Below, one piece after another: positions 48,429 to 55,779 of a DNA stretch of 64,000 nucleotides (positions are counted from its first letter, which is position 1; each line of letters begins with the position of its first letter). The notes beneath the pieces were generated by a model. That model made no database searches. It saw only the letters and a program-made list of their open reading frames with translations, and was not told the origin of the DNA. The position numbers and the translations under genes are program-made. This DNA is from Acidimicrobiales bacterium (lineage in GTDB: Bacteria; Actinomycetota; Acidimicrobiia; Acidimicrobiales; RAAP-2), in contig DATGLW010000138.1 of the NCBI GenBank assembly GCA_035293965.1, forward strand, positions 38,908 to 102,907. Reading direction: 5' to 3'.

Positions 48429-48869
48429 TCAACGCGGTCCCGACGAGCTCGCCCTGGACATGAACCCCTCCTGGTCGACCACCACCCGGGTCAGGCGCCC
48501 GGCCCCGACGAGGCGTGGCCCGGCCTCGGAGCGCAGGGAGGCCGAGATGGTGAAGATGAGCCGCCGCCCGTGCACGCGTGACAGCACGGCCTCGGCGTGG
48601 ACGGTGGCGCCCACCGGCACCGGCGCCAGGTGGTCGAACTGCACTCGGGTGGCCACGGTCGTCTTGCCCGGTGCGAGCCGGCCGGACAGGGCGAGGTTGC
48701 TGGCTTCCTCGCACAGGCCGAGCAGGCGCGGGGTCGAGAGCACGGGCACCTCCCCCGAGCGCATGGCGACGGCCGTGTCCTCGGCGGTCACCACCAGTGT
48801 GGCCGTCGCCGACACCCCGGGCCGGGGCAGCACCGGGGGCACCAGCGTGTCGGATGGCGGGTGGGCCAT
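48429..48869 (-). CDS. hotdog-fold thioesterase family protein
   Basis: 146 aa with TAEDTAVAMRSGEVPVLSTPRLLGLCEEA...GATVHAEAVL..V.GRRLIF, which resembles the FlK/YbgC-like hotdog pattern. Confidence 0.7.
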   Translation of the reverse strand: MAHPPSDTLVPPVLPRPGVSATATLVVTAEDTAVAMRSGEVPVLSTPRLLGLCEEASNLALSGRLAPGKTTVATRVQFDHLAPVPVGATVHAEAVLSRVHGRRLIFTISASLRSEAGPRLVGAGRLTRVVVDQEGFMSRASSSGPR

Positions 48870-50289
48870 GACGGTTACGATACCGCCCGTGACCCCTGCC
48901 CCCCTGATCGAGCCTGACGTGCTCGAACGTGTCCTGGCCACGGCGCTCGCCCGGGGTGGCGACCTGGCCGAGATCTTCGCCGAGGACCGGCAGACCTCCG
49001 GAGCGATGCTCGACGACCGCCGCATCGAGGAGCTGTCCTCCGGCCGCGAGCGCGGGGCGGGCATCCGGGTGGTCGTGGGCGAGACGACCGGGTTCGCGCA
49101 CACCGCCGACCTGTCCGAGCGCAGCCTGCGTGAGGCGGCCGAGGCGGCGGCGGCCGTCGCCCGCCAGGGAAGTCCGGGGGTCCGCACCGTCGCCCTGGCT
49201 GATCGGCGGCCGGTTGGCCCAGGGGCCTCGGTGCTGCCGGCGTCGGTGGGAAAGGCGGCCAAGCTCGAGCTCCTCGCCCGGGCCGACGACGCGGCCCGCG
49301 CCGCGGGGTCGTCGATCACCCAGGTGCAGGCGGCCTACGGCGACAGCCGCCGCCGCGTGCTGGTCGCCAGCTCCGAGGGCGTCCTGGCCGAGGATGACCA
49401 GGTCCGGACGCGCTTCAACGTGTCGTGCGTCGCCTCCGGCGACACCGGCATGCAGACCGGCTACGAGAGCCTCGCTCGGACCCAGGGCTTCGAGATATTC
49501 GAAGGCGGCGGCGTCGAGGAGGTGGCCCGCAAGGCGGCCGCCCGGGCGCTCGCCAAGCTGTCGGCCCGCCCGGCTCCCTCCGGCGAGCTGCCGGTAGTGC
49601 TGGCCGGGGGCAGCGGGGGCATCCTCTTCCACGAGGCGTGCGGGCACGGCCTCGAGGCCGACCACATCTTGAAGGACGCCTCCGTCTACACGGGCCGGGT
49701 GGGGGACCTGGTGGCCAGCCCGCTCGTGACCCTGGTGGACGACGGCACGGTGGCCGGTGAATGGGGCCACCTCGGCGTCGACGACGAGGGGCGCCCGGCC
49801 GCCCGCAACGTGCTCATCGAGAACGGCGTGCTGACCGACTACCTGTGGGACTGGCTGCGGGCGCACAAGCAGGGCAGGGCCTCGTCGGGCAACGGCCGCC
49901 GCCAGAGCTACCAGCACCTGCCGATGGTCCGGATGACCAACACGTTCCTGCTCGCCGGAACCGAGGACCCACAGGAGGTGGTGGCCCAGACCCCCCGCGG
50001 CGTCTACGTGGCCAAGCTCGGTGGCGGCCAGGTCAACACCACGACCGGTGACTTCGTGTTCGGCACGACGGAGGCCTACCTCATCGAGGGTGGCCGGCTG
50101 ACCGAGCCGTTGCGCGACGCCAACCTGATCGGCAACGGTCCCGAGGTGCTGCGCCGGATCGACGTGGTGGCCACCGACTTCGACATGACCCCAGGCACCT
50201 GCGGCAAGGACGGCCAGAGCGTCCCGGTGGGCTGCGGGCAGCCGACGCTGCGGGTGACCGGCGTCACCATCGGCGGCACGGCGGCGTGA
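48868..50289 (+). CDS. tldD: metalloprotease TldD
   Basis: Contains the HEACGHGLE zinc motif, RRQSYQHLPMVRMTNT and a C-terminal CGKDGQSVPV. An alternative GTG start is at 48889. Confidence 0.9.
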   Translation: MTVTIPPVTPAPLIEPDVLERVLATALARGGDLAEIFAEDRQTSGAMLDDRRIEELSSGRERGAGIRVVVGETTGFAHTADLSERSLREAAEAAAAVARQGSPGVRTVALADRRPVGPGASVLPASVGKAAKLELLARADDAARAAGSSITQVQAAYGDSRRRVLVASSEGVLAEDDQVRTRFNVSCVASGDTGMQTGYESLARTQGFEIFEGGGVEEVARKAAARALAKLSARPAPSGELPVVLAGGSGGILFHEACGHGLEADHILKDASVYTGRVGDLVASPLVTLVDDGTVAGEWGHLGVDDEGRPAARNVLIENGVLTDYLWDWLRAHKQGRASSGNGRRQSYQHLPMVRMTNTFLLAGTEDPQEVVAQTPRGVYVAKLGGGQVNTTTGDFVFGTTEAYLIEGGRLTEPLRDANLIGNGPEVLRRIDVVATDFDMTPGTCGKDGQSVPVGCGQPTLRVTGVTIGGTAA

Positions 50290-51647
50290 CGGAGCTCCCC
50301 GACCTGGCCGCGTCCCTCCTGGATCGGGCCCTGCCCGGCGAGGAGGTCGAGGTCTACGTCGCCCGGGGGCACGACACGGAGGTGCGGGCCTACGAGGGGG
50401 AGGTCGAGTCGCTGTCGTCCGCCGCCTCCTCGGGCGTGGGTGTGCGGGTGCTGCTCGACGCCGGCTCCGAGGCGGGGGCAAGGCTCGGGTTCGCCTGGGC
50501 CGGCTCCCTCGAGGGGGACCTGGTCACTTCGGCGCTGGAGGAGGCACGCGACAACGCCCGCTACGCGACCCCCGACCCCGACGTGGCCCTGGCCGAGCCC
50601 GACGGTGTCGAGGCGGCTCGCCTCGAGCTGTGGGACGAGCGGCTGGCAGCCACCCCCACCGACCACAAGGTGGAGATGGCCTTGGCCCTCGAGCGCCAGG
50701 TGCGCAAGGCTGACACGCGGATCCGCCAGGTCTCCTCGGCCGACTACGCCGACGGCTGGGTCGAGGTCGCGCTTGCCTCCACGACGGGGATCCGCGCGTA
50801 CACCCGGCGCACCTCGGCCTTCCTGTCGGTGTCGGCCATCGCCGGCGAAGGGGTCGACAGCCAGACGGGGTCGGGCTTCAGCGTGGGCCGGGCCCTCGAG
50901 GACCTGGACCCGGACCGGGCGGCGGCAGACGCCGTGCGTCGCGCCGTGCGCATGCTCGGGGCAACCAAACCCCGCTCGTGCCGGTGCACGGTCGTGTTCG
51001 ACCCCCGGGTGGTGGCCACGTTGCTGGCGGTGGTCTCCTCTGCCCTGTCCGGCGAGGCGGTGGTGAAGGGGCGCTCCTTCTTCGCCGGCCGGATCGGCGA
51101 GCGGGTCGCCGTGCCCGCGGCGACCTTGGTCGACGACCCGACCGACCCGCGAGCAGTGGCGGCAGCCCCCTACGACGGCGAGGGGCTGGCGTGCCGTCGC
51201 AACGTGCTCGTCGACGGCGGGGTGCTGCAGCGGTTCCTGTTCGACACGGTCGCCGCGCGCCGTGCCGGCACGGTGTCGACCGGATCGGCGGTCCGAGGAG
51301 GCTTCTCGGGTACCCCGTCGGCCGGGTGCCGGGCCCTCGTGCTCCAGCCGGGCACCGCCGGCCAGGAGGAGATCCTCGCCGCCGTGGGCGAGGGCCTCTA
51401 CGTGCAGAGTGTGAGCGGCGTGCACTCGGGCGTGAACGCCGTGAGCGGCGACTTCTCCGTCGGAGCCGAGGGGCTCATGATCCGGGAAGGGTCGCTCGGC
51501 GAGCCGGTGCGCGAGGCGACCGTGGCATCGACCCTGCAGCGGATGTTGATGTCGATCGTCCACGTCGGTGCCGACATCGAGTGGCTGCCGGGCATCGCCG
51601 CCGGCCAGACGCTCGCCGTGGCGGACATGCAGCTGAGCGGCGCCTGA
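50286..51647 (+). CDS. pmbA: metalloprotease PmbA/TldE
   Basis: GTGA overlap with tldD. Contains GVGVRV, SGVHSGVNAVSGDFSVGAEG and a C-terminal region of the TldD/PmbA fold. Confidence 0.88.
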   Translation: MTELPDLAASLLDRALPGEEVEVYVARGHDTEVRAYEGEVESLSSAASSGVGVRVLLDAGSEAGARLGFAWAGSLEGDLVTSALEEARDNARYATPDPDVALAEPDGVEAARLELWDERLAATPTDHKVEMALALERQVRKADTRIRQVSSADYADGWVEVALASTTGIRAYTRRTSAFLSVSAIAGEGVDSQTGSGFSVGRALEDLDPDRAAADAVRRAVRMLGATKPRSCRCTVVFDPRVVATLLAVVSSALSGEAVVKGRSFFAGRIGERVAVPAATLVDDPTDPRAVAAAPYDGEGLACRRNVLVDGGVLQRFLFDTVAARRAGTVSTGSAVRGGFSGTPSAGCRALVLQPGTAGQEEILAAVGEGLYVQSVSGVHSGVNAVSGDFSVGAEGLMIREGSLGEPVREATVASTLQRMLMSIVHVGADIEWLPGIAAGQTLAVADMQLSGA

Positions 51648-51713
51648 CGCCCGCCCGATGCTGCCGGCTCAGCTGCCGGCGCACTGCCCCCGGTCGTGTG
51701 GCCCCTGGTCGGG

Positions 51714-52061
51714 TCAGGAGGTGGTGGCGCCCGACGCCGCGGAAGGGGCCGGTGCGGTCGTGCCCGTCGAAGTGCCCGTCGACGCCGGGCTCGGCTCCTT
51801 CTTGCCGTTCGAACCCGAGGCGGACCCCGAGGCGTCGCCGCTCGCTGCCTCGCTGCCCGACCCGTCCGAGCCGTTGCGTGCGCCCGAGCGGTTGTCGGTG
51901 CGGTAGAAGCCGCTCCCCTTGAGGACGATGCCGACCGAGCCGAAGACCTTGCGGAGCGACCCGCCGCAACTCTGGCAGGTGGTCAGGGGCTCGTCGCTGA
52001 ACGATTGCACGGCCTCGACGTGGTGCCCGCACGCGGTGCAGGCGTACTCGTAGGTCGGCAT
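51714..52061 (-). CDS. FmdB-family zinc-ribbon protein with a disordered C-terminus (Ruc-like)
   Basis: N-terminus is MPTYEYACTACGH...CQSCGG. It is followed by a Ser/Gly/Thr-rich tail. AGGAGGAG lies upstream of the ATG, and a CIRCE element lies 62-88 nt upstream. Confidence 0.85.
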   Translation of the reverse strand: MPTYEYACTACGHHVEAVQSFSDEPLTTCQSCGGSLRKVFGSVGIVLKGSGFYRTDNRSGARNGSDGSGSEAASGDASGSASGSNGKKEPSPASTGTSTGTTAPAPSAASGATTS

Positions 52062-52120
52062 CTCTCTCCTCCTCGGGCCGTCCGGCTCCGACCCGCACGT
52101 CGCGGCCGGCACGCCATCAG

Positions 52121-52151
52121 CATTGGCACTCGAAGCTTTCGAGTGCCAATG
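52121..52151. promoter_or_regulatory. CIRCE-type inverted repeat (HrcA operator)
   Basis: The sequence is cATTGGCACTC-gaagctttc-GAGTGCCAATg. The 9-bp core arms are perfect with a 9-nt spacer and match TTAGCACTC-N9-GAGTGCTAA apart from an A-to-G change in each arm. Confidence 0.8.
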
Positions 52152-52207
52152 TTACCGTGCCCGTAGGGTCGGGCGAGCGAGGACCTGCATGGTCGTAGAC
52201 TCGTGAC

Positions 52208-52705
52208 GTGCCCGATCGAAGCCTGGCCCATCTCGACCCCCTCAGCAGCGCCCGGATGGCGGACGTCACGCCACGGGAGCCGACCCACCGCCGCGCGCTC
52301 GCCCGGTGCCGGGTGGCCATGTTGCCCGAGACGACCACCAAGGTGGCGAACAACGCCATGACCAAGGGCGACGTGCTGGCGGCGGCCCGCATCGCCGGCA
52401 TCCAGGCGGCGAAGCGCACGGCGGACCTCATCCCGATGTGCCACCCGGTGCTGGTGGGCTCGGTGGCGGTCAACTTCAACATCGGCGACGACTACGTCGA
52501 GGTGGAAGCCCAGGTCGAGACGGTGGACCGCACCGGCGTCGAGATGGAGGCCATGACGGCCTGCACCGTGGCGGCCCTGACGGTCTACGACATGTGCAAG
52601 TCGGTGGACCGCACCATGACCGTCGAGCAGGTGGCGCTGTGGGAGAAGTCGGGTGGCCGCTCGGGCCCGTGGCGCCGCGACACCTCCTTCGACGACCGCG
52701 GCTGA
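52208..52705 (+). CDS. moaC: cyclic pyranopterin monophosphate synthase
   Basis: Contains LAHLD....ARMADV, KGDVLAAARIAGIQAAKRTADLIPMCHP and EMEAMTA..VAALTVYDMCK. Confidence 0.9.
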   Translation: MPDRSLAHLDPLSSARMADVTPREPTHRRALARCRVAMLPETTTKVANNAMTKGDVLAAARIAGIQAAKRTADLIPMCHPVLVGSVAVNFNIGDDYVEVEAQVETVDRTGVEMEAMTACTVAALTVYDMCKSVDRTMTVEQVALWEKSGGRSGPWRRDTSFDDRG

Positions 52706-52743
52706 CCCGCGCGGGACCTGCGGCGCCGCGAGCAAGGGCGCCC

Positions 52744-54678
52744 TCAGCGGCGCCTTCTCGAGGCCCGTGCGAAGAAGTCGGGCGTGATCGTTGGGGGCTC
52801 AGCCTCCGAGGTGCCGGCGTCCACCTCCTGCCCGGGTGAGGGGACGGACGTGCCACCGATGGCGCCGGCACCGCTGAAGTCCTCGACGGAGAACCCCGGC
52901 GGCGTGCTCGCCGCCATCGCCCGCCCCCCGGTGGGCGTGATCCCGAGCGACGGCCCCGTGCTGTCGAGCAGCATGCTGTCCACCGGAGCACCCGGGGCCG
53001 GCGTGCCGGTCACCTGGGGGGCCGACCCGGGCCCCGCCAGAGCCTCGCCGGCTGCCGGGTCCACGGCGAAGCCGGGTGGCGGTGGCGGGGGCGGTGGGGG
53101 AGGCGGCGACGGCGCGCCGATGGCAGTGTCGCCGCTCAGGTCGTCGAGCGAGAAGCCGGGAGGTGCCGGCGGCGGGGTGTAGACGCCCCCCGCCCGCACA
53201 TCGCCCCAGCTCTCCTCGGTAGGGTGCGCGCCGACCTCGACCGGAGCCACGGGCGGGGGCGGCGACGGCGCGCCGATGGCAGTGTCGCCGCTCAGGTCAT
53301 CGAGCGAGAAGCCCGGAGGTGCCGGCGGCGGGGTGTAGACGCCCCCCGCCCGGACATCGCCCGAGCTCTCCTCGGTAGGTTGCGCGCCAACCTCGACCGG
53401 AGCCACGGGCGGGGGCGGTGGCGCCAGATGAGGCGACGGTGGCGGGGGTGGCGGAGGGATGCTCGTGGCAGCCGGGACCCCACCGGGCGCAGGCCAGTCC
53501 CAGCCTGGCTCCCCGCCTGGCTCTGTTCGTGCCGGGGGTGACGGGGGAGGCGGTGGCGGGATGAGGGAGCGCTCGACCTCCTCGTCGAAGAACAGCGGAG
53601 GCGGGTGGGGGAGGGCAGGCTCAGCGGGTACGGGCTGCGTGACGGCGGTTGCCGCCTCCGGGCCCGGCTCCCCGAAGGCGAACCCCGGTGGCGGCGGAGG
53701 GGGAAGCACGCCGCCACCGGGGTTCGTTGCCGCGGACTCGATCGGCGCGGGCGGCGGCGGCGGTGGGCCGAACCCTGCCGGCGGCGGCGGTGGTGGCGGT
53801 GGCGCGAGCAGGTCGGTGGCCGGGCCCGCCACTGCAAAGCCCTCTGGGGGCGGCGGAGGGGGGAGCACGTCGCCCCCCGGGCTTGCCGCCACGAACTCGA
53901 CCGGCGAGGCCGGCGGAGGCGGCGCCGAGGAGCTGAACCCCGGAGGTGGCGGGGGAGGCGGCGGCGGTGGTGCGAGCGGCCCGGCGCCCGGGCCCGCCAC
54001 CGCAAAGCCCTCTGGGGGCGGGGGAGGCGCCGCGAACCCGCCGGGGTGCCATTCGATCGACATGTCCGGCGCGTCGTGGGTGCCCAGGAGAGCCGATGCC
54101 ACCGGTGCACCCTCCCGCGCCCCCTCACCGGCGGCGGGCTCACCGCCGGTGGCGAGGGCCCCGGGCGTGGCGTCGCCGAGCGCGGAGGCTGGGCCGGGAG
54201 GGGCGGGTGCCGGCGCCGCGTCTCGTCCGGGCGCAACGTCGTTGGCCCAACGCTGCTGCCCGCCGGCCGGCGGGGGGATCACGTCGTCCCCACCGTCGCC
54301 CAGCGCGTCGAACGAGCCGGCTGGCTCGGGGCTGCGCCAGCGAGCGCCGACGCCGCTCGGCACCGGCGGGATCACCTCGGGTCCGGACTCGATCACCGGG
54401 CGCCGCTCGCCAGGGGCCGGCCCGCCGCCCTCGGGCGTGCTCGCCCCGGCGCCCAGCGCCCGTGCGGTGCCGGCGCCAAGCGTCGGCTGCCGGGGTCCGC
54501 TCGGCAGCTCGGACTGGAACTGCGCGAACTGGGCGGCGAGCTCCCGCTGGGACACCTCGACCCGCTCGAGGCGGTCCAGCACCTCCTCCCACAAGCGGGC
54601 CGAGGACAGTGCGACAGAGCGGACGAGGTCCGCCGTGTCGTCGCTTCGATCAGAACCGTGCGGGGTGTGCCTGGTCAT
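52744..54678 (-). CDS. proline-rich repeat protein of unknown function
   Basis: 644-aa ORF with an ATG start and high GC3 in this frame. It has a charged, coiled-coil-like N-terminus, then nine P-run+GF motifs including runs of 10 and 11 prolines. No TM segment or signal peptide is seen. Confidence 0.7.
   Translation of the reverse strand: MTRHTPHGSDRSDDTADLVRSVALSSARLWEEVLDRLERVEVSQRELAAQFAQFQSELPSGPRQPTLGAGTARALGAGASTPEGGGPAPGERRPVIESGPEVIPPVPSGVGARWRSPEPAGSFDALGDGGDDVIPPPAGGQQRWANDVAPGRDAAPAPAPPGPASALGDATPGALATGGEPAAGEGAREGAPVASALLGTHDAPDMSIEWHPGGFAAPPPPPEGFAVAGPGAGPLAPPPPPPPPPPGFSSSAPPPPASPVEFVAASPGGDVLPPPPPPEGFAVAGPATDLLAPPPPPPPPAGFGPPPPPPAPIESAATNPGGGVLPPPPPPGFAFGEPGPEAATAVTQPVPAEPALPHPPPLFFDEEVERSLIPPPPPPSPPARTEPGGEPGWDWPAPGGVPAATSIPPPPPPPSPHLAPPPPPVAPVEVGAQPTEESSGDVRAGGVYTPPPAPPGFSLDDLSGDTAIGAPSPPPPVAPVEVGAHPTEESWGDVRAGGVYTPPPAPPGFSLDDLSGDTAIGAPSPPPPPPPPPPPGFAVDPAAGEALAGPGSAPQVTGTPAPGAPVDSMLLDSTGPSLGITPTGGRAMAASTPPGFSVEDFSGAGAIGGTSVPSPGQEVDAGTSEAEPPTITPDFFARASRRRR
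53102..53413. repeat. in-frame tandem duplication, 156-bp unit x2, inside the proline-rich gene
   Basis: Units at 53102-53257 and 53258-53413 are nearly identical. Each encodes APVEVGA(Q/H)PTEES(S/W)GDVRAGGVYTPPPAPPGFSLDDLSGDTAIGAPSPPPP. Confidence 0.9.
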
Positions 54679-54927
54679 CCGCCTTCCCTTCCCCGTTTCG
54701 TTGCTACGGCCAGCTCGCCCGGCGCCGGCCGTGGCTGCGCCGCAGTGCGCTCAACGTTATCGAACCTGGCGCTGCCAAGCGTAGGCGATGGGGAATGGAC
54801 GCGAGCGGATTTGCGACCAAGTCGCGTGGTGGGGGCACCGTGGTTGCCGGACGGTTAGAGATGCCGATCTGGCCCGTTCTCCGGCGATTTTCACGTGACT
54901 TTGCACGTGGCGATCGTTACTGTCCCC

Positions 54928-54951
54928 GTGTCGAGCCGGCGGGCTCGACAC
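54928..54951 (+). promoter_or_regulatory. perfect 10-bp stem / 4-nt loop hairpin upstream of pilA
   Basis: gtgtcgagcc-ggcg-ggctcgacac lies 42 nt upstream of the pilA ATG. It is followed by an unusually A/C-rich stretch and AAGGGAG. A possible promoter (TGACTT-16 nt-TACTGT) sits just upstream. Confidence 0.45.
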
Positions 54952-54992
54952 TGCAACAAACACCCAAAACACTCCGAAGGGAGACCACCCAC

Positions 54993-55625
54993 ATGGACAC
55001 CAGCAAGAGCTCGGAGCTCCTGCGCCGAGCGCGGGAGATCCTGGCCAAGCGGGCGGCAATGGCCGAGGAGGAGGGGGCCGAATCCGGCTTCACCCTCATC
55101 GAGCTCATGGTCGTCCTCCTCATCATGGCGATCCTGCTCGCCATCGCCATCCCGACCTTCCTCGGGGTGAAGGGCGGTGCGCAGGACCGAGCGGCGCAGA
55201 GCAACCTGACCAACGCGTTGATGTCGGCCAAGGCCATCTACGCGACCAACAGCTCGTACCTGACGGGCGCTGGGACGATGGCGAGCTCCCTCAACGCAGC
55301 TGAGCCGGCACTGTCGTTCGTCACCGGGAGCGTTGCCGGTCTCGGCGGCAACCAGATCTCGGTCAATGTGCCCATCACGGGTCAGATCATCCTGGTGGCC
55401 AGCTCGCCGAACAACGGCGGAACCTGCTGGGCCGTTTCCGACTGGGACGGCAGCAACGCCTCCAACGTGGTCGGCGGTCTGTCCAACGCAGGTACCTGGT
55501 ACGCCGAGTGGAAGGTCGGCGCATCCGGCTGCAGCGCGGCGACGGCTGCCCTCCCGACTGGCATGACGGGTGCCAACTGGTCGCAGAAGTACCCGACTGC
55601 TGCCCCATCGCTGACAGGCAACTGA
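54993..55625 (+). CDS. pilA: type IV pilin
   Basis: Class III signal ...GAESG|FTLIELMVVLLIMAILLAIAIP with Glu at position +5. A C-terminal Cys pair is present (TCWAV...SGCSA). AAGGGAG lies upstream of the ATG at 54993. An alternative ATG at 55059 would give a 10-aa leader. Confidence 0.9.
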   Translation: MDTSKSSELLRRAREILAKRAAMAEEEGAESGFTLIELMVVLLIMAILLAIAIPTFLGVKGGAQDRAAQSNLTNALMSAKAIYATNSSYLTGAGTMASSLNAAEPALSFVTGSVAGLGGNQISVNVPITGQIILVASSPNNGGTCWAVSDWDGSNASNVVGGLSNAGTWYAEWKVGASGCSAATAALPTGMTGANWSQKYPTAAPSLTGN

Positions 55626-55779
55626 TCAGCTCAACGGCCACCCTTCGGGGTGATGCCGAAGTCCAGGGAAGGGGGTCCGGCCCATTGGGTGCGGGCCCCC
55701 TTCCCCGCGACTGGCAAAGGACACGCGATCGCAGAATCGAGGCCGCGCGATCGACGATCGACGCGAACGGAGGCCGACT

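Noticed and set aside
53459-54784. Gly-rich 441-aa ORF on the plus strand opposite the proline-rich gene
   Set aside because: It is the mirror image of the CCN-rich coding strand. The minus-strand frame has the high third-position GC, a sensible non-repetitive N-terminal domain and an ATG start. The plus-strand frame has none of these.
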